From: Podarcis gaigeae
Lineage: Eukaryota
Direction: 5' to 3' (one strand)
DNA: 64,000 nucleotides
NCBI GenBank assembly: GCA_964106915.2
Contig: OZ066931.1
Positions 23,901 to 36,901 of this stretch are shown one piece after another. How positions within the stretch are numbered: position 1 is the first letter of the stretch; every line of letters starts with the position of its first letter. Under the pieces are notes generated by a model, which was not told where the DNA came from, did not search any database, and saw only the letters and a program-made list of their open reading frames with translations. The position numbers and the translations under genes are program-made.

Positions 23901-26900
23901 CGGGAAGGCAGATAGAGGAAGCAGTGGTTTATCCTCACGGCTAATGTCTTTCAGATATATCTGATGGCCGGGTATTTCTTCACTGCCACAGAGAGCTATG
24001 ACATCAAATGGACCATGCCACACTGTGTCTTGACTCTCAAGCTGATAGGTAAGCAATTTTGCTCATCCAGTTCTGTTCCATCGTCGTGCTTCCCTCCTAC
24101 GGTCCAGCTATGTTGCTGTTTTAAAACGTGTACAGTCGTACCTTGCTTTGCGAACGCCTTGCAGCTCAAACATTTTGGCTCCTGAATGCTGCAAACTCGG
24201 AAGTGACTGTTCCGGTTTGCGAACTATTTTTGGAAGCCGAATGTCTGATGGGGCTTCCATGGCTTCCGATTGGCTGCAGGACCTTCCTGCAGACAATCAG
24301 AAGGCACACTTTGGTCTCCAAATGTTTTGGAAGTCAGAGCAGACTTCCGGAACGGATTCCGTTCAAGAATCAAGCTACGACTGTATTGGGAAATCCCAGG
24401 GCAGATTACATGGGGATTCCAGTGGCCTCTCAAGCAGATAGTAATCTGGTTCATACTTACTGAACTGCAACATTGGGTTTTTCAGGCCATTCGGTGGGCT
24501 GACGTTTTGTACAGTGTTGGCCTCCTTGATTATATTGGTATCTCTTTCTACCCCTAGGTTTGGTCATTGATTACTATGATGGCAGAAAGGAAGTGGTGAG
24601 TGAAATGGAATCATTTTCTTTCCCCCATTCCTCTCAATGGGATTGTGTTCAGGGGAGTTAGTGGAGATAAAGGCTGTAGCAATTAGGAAAGGGTCCTGGG
24701 GAGCAGGCTGGGTACCCAGGAAAGTGTTCCTTCCAGGGTAAAAACCGTCCACTTCTCAAACAGGTTATGAGTGAACATCTAAATTCCAAACACTTGTACA
24801 AACAAGCAGAGAGGAAAAGTCTGGTATAAGAAGTCAAAGGTCAGGCTTGTTAAGAGAATCAGAAAGTTACAGATACAGTGGTACCTCGGAAGTCGAACGG
24901 AATCCGTTCCTGAAGTCCGTTTGACTTCCAAAACGTTCAGGAACCAAGGCGTGGCTTCCAATTAGCTGCAGGAAGCTCCTGTAGCCAATCAGAAGCCACG
25001 ACGGAGACGTTCAGGTTCCAAAGAACGTTCGCAAACCAGAACAATCACTTCTGGGTTTGGGAGCAAGGCGTTTGACTTCCAAGGTACGACTGTATTTGAA
25101 AGATGAGGCAGTGAAAGGAAAAAAGGTGCAAGAAGCAAAACAAAGCTGGCAGACTTACAAAGCTCTTGTTACAAAGAAAATGGGGCCAAAATTCCTAAGC
25201 CATTTTGATCACCTTAACACTACACAGACACACAACTCACTTTCTTATTTTAAAGTTATCCTTGGGGCTGAGCAGAAAATGTGCTTCATCCAACCCAAGT
25301 GAGACTTGATAAACTTGGCCCATGAGGAGATGACTTTAAACTTCCAGTCTGAGAGGGCGGTCAGCTGGGATGTTGAATATGCTGAAACACCTATGAAGCA
25401 TTAATCCACTCACACCTGTCAACAGCAGTATCCAGATCATGATTCGAGGGGGAGGGCAGGACTCCATGCCTTTGCTTTTGTGCATAAGGGCTGCTGGGAA
25501 GAAGGCCAGAAAAATGAAGGGCTCTTTTAAATGAAGTTTCTTTTAAACAGGCCACAGGCCTGAGGCAAAGATTACAGATAATAGAGTGATGACTTAAGGG
25601 AAAAAAATAACAAATAAAGTTGGTGCAAATGCTGACTTTGTATCCTCCCGCTCCTTTGCAAAAACCTCCTGCTTTCAGGTCTATCAAGAAGTATTTCTTC
25701 AAGTTTGGACATATGTGGGTGGGAGTGGGGGTTAGTTCATTTGAGGATGTTAGGGAGGATTGGGTAGAGAAATGCTATCTGTTACTGTGCCCTTGAGCTT
25801 ATCATGGCTTCTTCTGTGCCAGTCCCTGCTTCCATTTCTAGAACTCCAGGGAACAAAGCCAGAAAAAGTTGCAGTTGACAAGTCCTTAGGAAAACAAATA
25901 CCAGAACAGTTCGCTATTAGGATTATGAACGACACTACAAAGCATGCTATGAACCTAGAGATTTCTGTCCATGATTGACCTTTGGGATTCCTAATGGTGG
26001 ATCTTGTTCTTCAAAGCATTTAGAGCAAGTGAGTTAGGCAGCTTTAAGACTAACAAAAAATCTCATGCATGCAAGCAAAAGCAAATTCATGGATGCTGAT
26101 GCTGTTGTTGGTGTCTTTATTATTTTTCTACAGCAGGCTCTCACTCCTGAACAACGACAGTTTGCTGTTCGGGGAGTTCCTACTTTACTGGAAGTCACTG
26201 GCTTCGTGTATTTCTATGGTGCCTTCATGGTGGGGCCACAGTTCTCCATGACACAATATCATAAGCTGACAAGAGGCGAGTTGACTGACGTTCCAGGCCA
26301 AAGACCCAACAGGTAATTTTCCTTGCCCCGCTTCCCAGTGCCTGGAGTATTTTTGTCCATTTCCTGTGTATCCTAGCGCTACTAATGAAGACTCCAAACA
26401 TTGCGGGGTGTGGGGCATTTCAGCTTCCTCATGGTGGTGATTCCAAAATCCATGTAAGGGCTGTAACTTTATTGGGTCAAGCAAAATATTACAGACTCAT
26501 GTGCAATGCCCAAGATTTCAGGTTCTCCAGGGTTCCCTCCATAAAGGTAGTCATTGTAATTAAAAGCACATAACATTGTCCATTTGAGCCACAGTCCACT
26601 TTCCCTTTGTTCTGAAATAGTGCACCGCTGGATGACTGATTTCCTCTCTCTCTGTCTCTCCCCGCCCCCCCCCCCCCCCGCTCCCCAACGTACATTTCAG
26701 CTTTGTGCCTGCCCTTAAGCGCCTGGGCTTGGGCCTCTTCTTCATGGTAGTCTACACTGTTGTGGCCCCATACATCCCTGAGGAATACCTTGTCTCAGAT
26801 GCTTACCTGGTAAGAAGGGCTTGGAGGAGAAAGAGCAGTAACTCCAGGAGGAATAGTATTAGTAATTATTATTATTATTACTAGAGTATTTGTATGTGGG

Positions 26901-29900
26901 CTAAACCACAGAGCCTAGGGCTTGCCGATCAAAAGGTCAGCAGTTCGAATCCCCGCGACGGGGTGAGCTCCCGTTGCTCAGTCCCTGCTCCTGCAAACCT
27001 AGCAGTTCGAAAGCACGTCAAAGTGCAAGTAGATCAATAGGTATCGCTCCGCCGGGAAGGTAAACAGCGTTTCCGTGCGCTGCTCTGGTTCGCCAGAAGC
27101 GGCTTAGTCCTGCTGGCCACATGACCCGGAAGCTGTATGCCGGCTCCCTCGGCCAATAAAGCGAGATGAACTCCGCAACCCCAGAGTCGTATAATATTAA
27201 TATGGCTAAAAGTGCACATTGCAAGTATACAGACTGGCCACCTTGGCTGATCCCTGCAAATGACCAGGGACAGGGCAATTTGCAACCTTATCTGGGCACT
27301 GGGCTTAACCTACCCCAGTACCGTGTCAACCTTTTTATTGCTTTGTTGCTGCTGTCAAAATTAGTCGCATTGGGGTGGGGATAGGGATCCTCTATTATTT
27401 ATCATTAATAAATCTAAGAAACAAGATCAGGTCCCCAAACTGAGGGCTAGTTACCCAGGATTTAACATACCTCACAGATTTTTTTGTTTTCTGCAGGAAC
27501 AACCCTTCTGGTTCCGCTGCGTTTATATATTGATCTGGGGCAAGACGATGCTCTATAAGTATGTTACCTGCTGGCTGGTCACGGTAAGCCTGGAAGCTAA
27601 ACTTGGCCTGCAAAACCACTTTTGCCTGTTGAGTAAGGCCAAGCAGTGTCAAGACAGCTTGTTAATCTTTGCCGGTTTCGTTGCAGGAAGGAGTCTGCAT
27701 CATCACGGGGCTCGGCTACAATGGAAAGGATGAAAAGGGGAGGCCAAAGTGGGATGCTTGTGCCAACATGAAAGTCTGGCTATTCGAGACAACCCCTTAT
27801 TTTACAGGCACCATCGCCTCCTTCAACACTAACACCAACGCCTGGGTGGCTCGGTGAGCAATGCTGATAGCTTTCCTGCAGAACAGTTGTCCCCAAACCT
27901 GGATAGAGAGGAGGTAGCCTTTTGTACAAGACCAGAAAAAGTCCTGAGGCTATCTTTTTTTGTGTGTTTGCTACCTTGTCCCACTTTTGAAATGTGAGCA
28001 GTGTTTAAATTTTTTTTTTAAAGCATATATCCAGAGCTTAAGGAAAATCAGTAGAAATAACAGTGGGCAGGGACAGGGCTTCTGAGCTCACGATTAGCCC
28101 AATGTAGTAAGTCTCCTTGTTTGAACTCAGTAGGATTTATACTACTATAATGGCTAACATTGAATCTGCTCCCCCGAGGGAGAGCCCCACTGATCCTCTG
28201 CGACCAGTACCAGTCAGGCTAGCAGACTGCAGTTCTGAACACCCTCCAAAAACTGGGTTTTGCCCCTCAAGCCCTTCTAAGTCTGGGCTTGGGCCAGGCA
28301 AAAGCCACGGTCAGGCAAAGAATATTAGATACTGAGAGACAACAGGACTGCGAAAGGTGCGCAAGGTGCCCCGACTATAAAATTGGAGAAATCGAGAGAT
28401 ATATAGCCACACCGGCAGCATATCTCTTCTTTCTTGCATCTAGAAATGCAAGAAGGGCCTTTACACTCGCCAGAAGCGCAGCTCTCCCCTCGCCGGTCCT
28501 GGATGGAGCCTTTAGAAAAGTCCCCTATGCCCAGAGACTTTGCACCTGTCCATTGGGAGAGATCGGAAGCCCAGAACACTTGTTCTTTAAATGTCCCTTT
28601 TACGAAGAGGCACATAATAAGTTCACTGATCCCCTACTGGTGAGGCTTGCCGACCTCCCGCAAAAGCAAAAATTTGACCTTTTGCTGTTAGGCAAAGATC
28701 AGAAGAAGACCTGGATGGTCGCCAGATTCTGTGTACAAATCTGTAGGCGCAGACCATCGCCCAACTCAAAACAGTCCAGCATGAAAATCCCCAAACTCGG
28801 TTCCATGGGTGACTCTGAGTCAACTCCCTGGGATAGTTTATTGTTGCACATTGTTTCTAAATTTATTGTTGTACATTGTTTTAATTGTCTGTTTTAACCA
28901 TATTTGCACATCAGTCGGATTTATTTCTTGGTTAGATTTACTAAGTAAAGCAATCTTACTTAGTAAATGTATATCCACCATTCTTTGCCCATGGAACTCT
29001 AGGTGTAATATAGAAGGCTTCTTTGGCGGTCTCCCAACCAGGAAGTGAGCAAGCCTGGGTCCTGCTTAGCCTCAGCAAGGAACAAAAGCACCATGTACCT
29101 TCCCAGCATGCACACAAAATCTCTGGGATGGGGGAACCTGTGGTCCTTCAGGTGTTGCCACACGGTGTGGCTCCTGGCCATGCTGTCTAGGGTGCTACCA
29201 ATTGGGAGTTGAACAACATTTGAAGGGGCCACAGGTTCGCCATGCCTCACCTAATGTCTTTGTGCATAATCCAGCTGTTCCACAGTCGATTCACATGATT
29301 ACCTTCTTCAGAGCAAGGTGTTCATCCTCAACCCATTTTTCCTTCTTTACATCACCTGGAGTGGTGACAACTATGCAACTATCCTTATCTTGCAAATTGG
29401 CTTGATGAGGTCCTATTATGAATTACAAGCTGGTAATGTTTGGAGCTGGTGGGATCGTGGTTTTTAATACCCTGGGTGGTATTCAAATAGGTTTGGCTCA
29501 GAGGAGACGAAATGAATGGACCTAATTTAGTCACTTTCGTTAATTTCACTCAGTCTGCTCTGAGTAAACCGTAGTTGACTACCACCTTGGCTACTCTGGG
29601 AATTGTACAGCACCAATCAAGAAAGTGCTTTTACACATGAAATTGAAAATATCCACTGCATGCCTACGATAGTGGAAATGGATTCCACACAAAGTTTGAG
29701 CCCCAAGAACCGTTCATTGAGAAATTAAGCCGGAATGCAAGTTGTTCAACTTGAGGGTTTTCTTGTGGGCAAATGATGTTTGTATTTCCCCAGCTGAAAA
29801 GCATTCTCCATATCTTTTAGAAACCAGTCCAATAAAGAAAAAAATGCATGCAGTAAAATAAAACCTATATGAAGGTTGTCACAGCAAATCCAAGATACAG

Positions 29901-32092
29901 AACACAAATTATGTTAAGATAGCTAATTAAGAGGTTAGAAGTGATCACCATGGCAGTCTATAGCAATAGATCTAACTTGCACAGAAATCTTGCATATAAA
30001 GCAAGCTGTAGCGCAGTACCAAAGCATACATACCAAGTTTGATTCTTAGCATCTAATTAATCTGTTTTCCCAGTGCCCCCACCCCAATCTAACTAAAACC
30101 AGCTATTTCCATAAAATTGAGATCAAATTATTTCTGCTACATGGAGAAAGATAACTTTGAACCAGGGCCTGCCAGTGTTTTTAAGTGCTAGTTTAAAACC
30201 TTTTTCTTTTGCTGTTTGAGCCTCCTGCAGCAAAAAACCAAACCAAACCTTGATGAAACCACCATTACCTTTTGGAGACGACATTGTTTCTTTTCTTGAG
30301 AAAACTAAACGGTGATTAATGCCTTCAGGACTGGCAACTGAAAGGATTTATTGTTTTCCATCTACAGCTACATTTATAAGCGGTTGAAATTCCTGGGGAA
30401 CAAGTTATTATCTCAAGCGCTGTCCTTGCTTTTCCTGGCTGTCTGGCATGGTCTGCACTGTGGATACTTGGTGTGCTTCCAAATGGAGTTCCTCATCGTC
30501 ATTGTTGAGAGACAGGTGAGGAGCTTTAAATGGGTGGTGTTAGTAGGACTGTTGCTAAAGTCAGGGCGGCCCAACTTTTCATACCAAGTGGGCTGCAAGA
30601 GTGCTTCAACACAGAAGCATGGGCTGCACAAAGCCTTATTTCACCGGAGGTGGGAAGTGAGGCCAAGGTTTTGATGTCCCCTCCCAGCCCTCTTCCCAAA
30701 GTCGCTGCCTTCCCAGAGACTTAGGGAAAGAGGCACAAGGCTCTGGCAGGATCTTAAAGCCCTCCCGCCTACTCCCTAAAGTGCTAACTAGACTTGGGGA
30801 AGGAGATGGGAGGACTCTAGGACCCTGTCAGAGCCTTCAGGCCTCCTTCCCAAAATCCAGGGCCTCACCCAGCAGGAGGTGGCTCACCTTGATCTAGGTA
30901 CTCTGGCTTTCTTGGAAAGTCCTCCATCAGCTCATATAAACTGGTAACACCAGATTGCCAGGAACGATGTGGAATGAAGTTTCTGAATTGGAGGTTAGTT
31001 GACTTGTGCGATTCCTAAGTGAGCAGCATCAGTTTTACAAAGGGACATGTTGGGTTTTGGTTTTTCAGGCTATCTTTTGTGTTCTAGACTGGAGAATGAA
31101 AGAAAATGTTTTCTTCTCGCTACAGTACCCAAGGCTAAGACTTTGGCGTTCGTAAATGCCAATGAATCAAACCGATTTAAGATTGGGGGCTATAGGTTGA
31201 ACAGCCATATTAAGCAGTCAATTTATTATACATGTCCCTTCGGTGAAATCTAATTCTGTAGACCAGGCTAGGGTGCCTGTGCTCATCCTACATTTTTGTC
31301 GACTCCCAGCTCATGCCCAGCATAGCGGATGGGCAGGGGTTGTAGTCCAGCAGCAGCTGGAGGTCTGCAGTTTCTCCATCCCTGTTTCATACGCAGTCTG
31401 GTTTTAGACCACACAAAACTCTGGCTCATGTTGTCTCAACTCAAGCCTGCCCACAAAGTAGCTTTTTGAGGGGTTTACTGACCACTTTTAAGACCACTGA
31501 CAAGCCACAGCTGGGGCTGCTGTTCCACCTTAAGAGCTGCTGCTCATTGGATTCTAGTAGTGAACAAACAGAAATCAGAAAAACAGTCAAGACCTGTCCA
31601 GTCAGTGGAAGCTCAAACTATGGTGTGGGTTCTTAACTGCTGTTAGTACAAAGTAAGGTTTGGTGTTGCCTGAGCCTAGCCATGGAGACCAAGTTCTTCT
31701 TGTTACAGCTTATTGACCTGGTACACGACAGTCCACCTCTGGCTGCCATGGCCTCGACCACTATCTTGCGGCCTTTCTTCTACGTGATTCAGCAAGCTGT
31801 CCACTGGATGTTCATGGGATATTCTCTGGTGCCATTTTGCCTCTTCAGTTTGGAAAAGTGGCTCAAGGTACTGAAGAAGTCTAATCCATTGGGAAAGAGG
31901 ACTTCCCCTCCCTCCCTCCCCTTATTGTCAGCAGTAGCATGTCTTAACTCTCGCTTCCTCATTCGCTCCTTCTAGGTATACAAGTCTATTTATTTCCTAG
32001 GCCACGTGGTGTTCTTCACATTACTGTTTGCAATGCCTTACATGCGGAAAGTACTTGTGCCACGAAAAGAAAAGTTAAAGAAAGCCGAGTAA
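11901..32092 (+). CDS. LPCAT3: Lysophosphatidylcholine acyltransferase 3 (MBOAT family), 12 coding exons, 475 aa
   Basis: Exons: 11901-12015, 23477-23584, 23696-23802, 23955-24048, 24558-24595, 26134-26312, 26701-26809, 27497-27583, 27687-27853, 30368-30515, 31709-31867, 31976-32092. All introns GT-AG with consistent phases; total 1428 nt. Motifs: YDIKWTMPHCVLTLKLIG, GAFMVGPQF, SFNTNTNAWV, catalytic WHG, C-terminal KKAE (KKXX ER retrieval). Confidence 0.97.
13170..13869 (+). mobile_element. Non-autonomous RTE-derived element
   Basis: GGAGAAGGAAAACTC motif typical of RTE 5' UTRs, (CAA) tail; it splits an older palindromic element (13120-13165 and 13870-13955). Confidence 0.45.
15186..15540 (+). 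mobile_element. Sauria SINE
   Basis: TSD TATCACCAGGCTTA at 15172-15185 and 15541-15554. Confidence 0.92.
17675..17850 (-). mobile_element. CR1 3' fragment
   Basis: AGAATCATGGAGCTGGAAGGGACCCCAAGG, the reverse-complement CR1 3' end. Confidence 0.65.
17952..18277. mobile_element. Tc1/mariner (Tigger-like) MITE
   Basis: TA|CAGTGGTGCC...GGCACTACTG|TA. Confidence 0.8.
19676..19805 (+). mobile_element. tRNA-derived SINE with CR1-type tail
   Basis: TAGCTCAGTTGGTTAGAG head and GGACTAGAT...GATTCTATGAT tail. Confidence 0.65.
20797..21032. mobile_element. Penelope-like inverted terminal fragments with two minimal hammerhead motifs
   Basis: Perfect 79-bp inverted repeat 20847-20925 / 20945-21023; flanking 12-bp duplication TGTTAATTTATG; CTGAAGA-stem-GAAA-GC-TC cores. 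Confidence 0.8.
24133..24383. mobile_element. Tc1/mariner MITE
   Basis: TA|CAGTCGTACC...GCTACGACTG|TA. Confidence 0.8.
24876..25092. mobile_element. Tc1/mariner MITE, same family and inverted relative to 24133-24383
   Basis: TA|CAGTGGTACC...GGTACGACTG|TA. Confidence 0.8.
26896..27190 (+). mobile_element. Truncated Sauria SINE
   Basis: SINE body without the tail. Confidence 0.85.
28115..28900 (+). mobile_element. Non-LTR retrotransposon 3' fragment (RTE-X-like) with C-terminal Cys/His knuckle
   Basis: RRAFTLARSAALPSPVLDGAFRKVPYAQRLCTCPLGEIGSPEHLFFKCPFY. Confidence 0.7.
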
Positions 32093-32192
32093 CAACCAAA
32101 AGGTAAAAAAAATAGTCGTGGGGGTGTGCTACTGCTTCGTAAGCAGAATCAGGTGGCATGCAGCTAATTAATTGTGCTTCTTTCTCTTCCAG

Positions 32193-33185
32193 ATTGTACC
32201 ACGTGTGCATTTATTATGGGGATGGTAGAAGCATCACCTGCCAAACTTGCTGCGGTCAAACCCATGCAGAGTGACATTGGGAAAAGAGCACAGGGGCGAA
32301 GACCCCAGACTGAGGGGGACTGGGGAACTGGCTGCAAACTCCCTCCCCCCTTCTACAGGTTGCCTTATCTCTCAACTTCTCCCTACGGACACTCCAGTCT
32401 CTGGAAATGTCAGATGATTGTAAAGCACTTGACGCAGCTGCCATCTAGGAATGGAGCCACCGCCTGACTTTTTCTACTTTCCAATTCTGTTAGATAAAAT
32501 TGGTCCCAGTTGGTTTTTCACTCGTGCCTCATCTGCTTTTTAAAAAACAAACTGGCTGGGGAAGCTGGTGCTGTTTCTGTCTCCTAGCTTTGTAGGCAAG
32601 GGGAAAGATAGGTTGGTGGTGTTCGTAAGCTACACAGGAGTATGTGGGACTCCAGACCCACCTGCACTGTTTTAGGTAAATCGAAGGACGATCCTGTCGT
32701 AACAACTGCTGCGACCCTCCAGCTATTGTTGGACACAGATTGGCTATGGGGCCATTATAAAAGGCCAGAGACACTGGGAATGACAACAGAACAATATCTG
32801 AAGGGCTTTAGATTTTCTGTGCTATAGGTATAAACACTAAGGTTGCTACTTCATTTTCGTACTTTGCTGCATGTCCTTTTATACAACACCAACTGAGCAG
32901 AATAATCTTTTTCCTGCTATGTTTTAACCCTTCTGCGTTGCACTTCTTTTTGCCTGCCACCTAAGAGAAGGTAGGCAGGGGTAGATCCCTGACACTGCTC
33001 CTACTCAGGTTTGTTTTTCCCTTCTTACTTTGAACAAGCACAGCTGTATATTCAGATGACCTCTTGAAATGCCGATTGAGGTGGATACCCAACCAAGGCA
33101 ACACACGAGTGCCATGCTGCTTCTTACATACCTCTCTACTGAGACTATCCACCACAGTAAAAAAAACCACCATTTATTTATGCCC
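32193..33185 (+). other. LPCAT3: LPCAT3 non-coding last exon (3' UTR), after an intron at 32103-32192 that starts 10 nt past the stop
   Basis: Donor AAG|GTAAAA at 32103 and acceptor tttctcttccAG at 32192. The 3' end is uncertain because only variant poly(A) hexamers occur (e.g. AGTAAA 33156). Confidence 0.65.
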
Positions 33186-33299
33186 CCAAACAAAACATGA
33201 GGCAATTCTAACAGGTAGAACCCTGTAGCGCACATTGCTCCAGGACATGGAGCAAGCAGTTAAGTCCAACTGCACAAAGTCCACATTACATTAGTAAGT

Positions 33300-36200
33300 T
33301 CACACCACTCCCCACATCTCTTCAAAGGCTGTGGTGATCTTGGCACAAGTCAAAGCAGCAGAGAGTGGGTAGTTGCTGATAGAGATAGTCTTTTCTGTGT
33401 ATTCCACATTAACCTGGAAAAGAAAAGCAACAGCCAGCATGTCAGTGAATGTCTGCATTGTATTTTCTGTACGATACATCTTAAACTCACCAGAGCAACA
33501 TATGCAAATTACTACCCCCTAAATTATGAGCTTAAATCAAGTGTTCTACAGCCACTTTATCCTCAAAAATATTCCTATAATAGGGCATTATATTCCTGTA
33601 GAGTAGACCATATGCAACTACATGCGCACACTACCTATGAACAGTGCCTTGCCCTAAGGCCAGCTTGTGCAGGTGAGATTCCTGACTTACAACTGACTGG
33701 TATGGAAATGGGTGTCTTACCGAGCCATGAGCAAAAGCTCCCACAGTGATAGCTATTGGGTCTGCAGTAGGGACTATGTCACGGACGTCTGTCACAGTAG
33801 AGGCCGAGAAGGATGTGCCGATCTTCGCGCAGCCTACAGGGAGGTGATCGGTAACAGGATTCTTAATTACCTAATAGAAGAAAAATGGACGGGCTTGAAA
33901 GTAGAAGCAAGAACAATCTTGCAAAGAATCACATAGTGAACTAGTAGATTTTTTTTTACCTTTAATAACTTCTGAGGCCCATCAGCAGCTCTGACGCTAA
34001 ATTTGTGCAGCAACTGAACTGAGGAGAAAAAGGCAAGATATATTTACATTGGCGTTACAGAATAGAGGCATACTCTAAGATAGGAGAAATAAATGGGCAG
34101 TTCTCACAACTGAGGTATTAAAAATTGGATCTTCCCATTTTTGTAATACTGTGCATGTTTGGAATAGCTTTTCTCACCCTTGTACTACTGGGGCTCACAC
34201 ATCCAGTGAGGCTGACTGTTGGAAGATTCAGACTGGAAAAAGGAAGAACTTATTCTACACAGTGCAATTCTGAACTTCACTAATTGAAGATATAATGGCC
34301 ACCAGCTTGGGATAGCTTTAAAAGGGCTTTAGATAAATACATGGAGAATAAGGCTACTATAGATGGCTACTCCCTCTCACATACAACCCTGCATTTATCT
34401 CCACTGAAAGCATAAAATTTTCTGAGGGGAAAGCAAGCCTCTGTCCTCTTACCCATGAGGCCACAAAAACGATCAAAGGTGCGAGGGATTCTTGTCTGGG
34501 GATTGACTTCAATTAGAACATTCTTTTCTGTATGGATATAAACCTGGAGAAGGCCTGCTCGGTTCAAGGGACTGTCCATGAGCATCAGGAGGCTCTGGGA
34601 AGAAGAGTGAGAAAGAAATAAGCTAAAACTATTCAGAAGCAGGGAAATGCGCTGCAGTAGCATCTGTCAGAACCTTGCAATTGCGTATTTTAAAAGGCAG
34701 TGTGAGAGATTCCAGCATGCAAGTTTGCTAGGAATCTTCAGTGAAAAGAGTAAAGGAAGCATTTGGGAACATTTGCAATCCGAATAATAATTTTAAAAGT
34801 TGCCAACAGTATTTTTAAAAGCTGTGTGGGAACTAAGTTTTCCTGTCAATGCTTCAGAAATAGCAACACACCATACAGGCGACTTAAAAGTACACTATGT
34901 AGTAGATACTTGAATGTACCTGGTGGGTGATGTCAGGTCGAACTGTTCCAGGGTCCCGGCCACTTCGCAGAAGCAACGATTTATGCTTGTCGCAGGTCAG
35001 TAGCTCATAGGTTTTCCCAACCTGGACGAATAATCATTTTATTTGTTTACATGTATTCTGCACAATCTTTCTACAGTGAAGTGTACTCAAGAGAGGTTAC
35101 AATAAAATGTAACATGATGCAAAGCGTAACACAAATTGACAATAGAACAGTAAAATGAGACAGTTGAAATGTGCTAAATTGGGAACTGTACAGTAGATAA
35201 AAGGTTCCTTAAGTGCTAGTTGGCAAACAGAAGCCTGGCAAGTGGCTTTAGAAAGCCCACAAGGAGGACATGAAAGTGGCAGCTCCAACTCCTCTCTCTC
35301 AGAGACCCATGTTTAGAGGTACACTACCCTGGAAGGTACACGGGTGGCACTGTGGGTAAAATCTCAGTGCCTAGGACTTGCCGATCATAAGGTCGGTGGT
35401 TCGAATCCCCGCGGTGGGGTGAGCTCCCGTCTTTTGGTCCCAGCTCCTGCCCACCTAGCAGTTTGAAAGCACCCCTAAGTGCAAGTAGATAAATAGGTAC
35501 CGCTTTATAGTGGGAAGGTAAAGGGCGTTTCCGTGTGCTGCGCTGGTGCTGGCTCACCAGAGCAGCTTCGTCACGCTGGCTACGTGACCTGTAAGTGTCT
35601 GCGGACAGCGCCTCTTAAGTGAGATGAGTGCACAACCCTAGAGTCGGACACGACTGGCCCATACGGGCAGGGGTACCTTTACCTTTACCCCGGAAGATGG
35701 AGACTTCATGCAGTTACCATTGTCAACTGCCATTAATACATCTCCCGCAATGAGTATATTATTATTTACTTATACCCCATCTTTTCCCCTGATGGGACTC
35801 AAAACATCTCCCACCTCCCCACCCACAAGGCTTGATCTACACGTAAAGCAGAGGTGAAATGATGTGCTGTTTTAAATCAAATGTATACACACTTTTAACT
35901 GTATTAATGTTTAATTGTTTTGTCGGGGGGTAGGTAAGCAGGGTATAAAACAAAATGATTTCTGAATGATTCCCCTACATGAAAAACCACCTACACATCA
36001 TAGCGTGGCACATCATAGCGTGGCACATCATAGCGTGGCACATCATAGCGTGGCACATCATTTTGGCAAAATACAGGGCGGTGTGGGGGCAATTCTTTTT
36101 CTTTCATCTGGTGCTGAAGTGATTTCAAAGCAATCCATTACAGTCAACTTCAACCTAACAGGATGGTCCTTCTGGAATTCATCACACACACATATGAATT

Positions 36201-36901
36201 TGTAAATCTGTCTGTAGCTGGCTACCCAGAGCTTAAATGCAACATCTTTCACACACACTTTCAAACACATGCATTTATTTGGAGAGGATCCCTAGTTTGG
36301 CAGAGAGAGAGAAAAGATCTGAAATACAGGTATTGAAACGGGGGGCAATCCTGTATTATACAGGACAGGTGGCCACCCTAGAACCCTTCCTTCCTTGCAG
36401 GGGGGCGATTTGATTTTTAAGGGGGGGAATTCGAGAACGAGTTATTAACAGTTAATGGCCTTTCAGGCTTCCTCCACGTGAACAGTTCACTTTTTGAATA
36501 ATGAGAATTATATGTGTGTGGTGGGGGAGAAAGATCAGGATTTTAGAGATGCTTAGGTGAGGCATGGCCAGAAAAGAAAAGGTTGGGATCCACTGCCTGA
36601 GGGGAAAGGCCGTTCGGCTTTTCCCCTGGAAGCCGCCCTCGGCCGCCCCTTCGCGGCCGCCCCGCGTCTGAGGGAGCAGGGCGACCTCCAGGCCCCGCAC
36701 GCGGCTCCCCCCCCCCCGCTTCGTTCTCAGGCCCCGTCACGGCCCGCCCAGCCCCTTCACCTTCACGGTCTCCAGCGACGCTCCCTCCAGGATGACCAGC
36801 AGCCGCCGCTTCCCTGCGCGCTGAGGCGGCGGCAGCGGCCCCCGCTCCCCTCCGCCGGCCGCTTCCTCGCTCGGGCGCTTCCTCGCGGAAGCCGACGCCA
36901 T
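33300..36901 (-). CDS. EMG1: EMG1/NEP1 18S rRNA pseudouridine N1-methyltransferase, 6 exons, 235 aa
   Basis: Exons on minus strand: 36901-36761, 35021-34920, 34594-34453, 34018-33960, 33870-33721, 33413-33300; total 708 nt. Motifs: [67 protein letters not shown] on minus strand at 33173-33178. Confidence 0.97.
35336..35688 (+). mobile_element. Sauria SINE
   Basis: Body and tail; TSD-like TACCCTGGAAG/TACCCCGGAAG. Confidence 0.88.
35994..36061. repeat. 15-bp minisatellite (CACATCATAGCGTGG) x4.5
   Basis: Perfect tandem copies in EMG1 intron 1. Confidence 0.9.

Noticed and set aside
35994-36061. CRISPR-like reading of the repeat array
   Set aside because: Eukaryotic DNA and no unique spacers; it is a simple tandem repeat.
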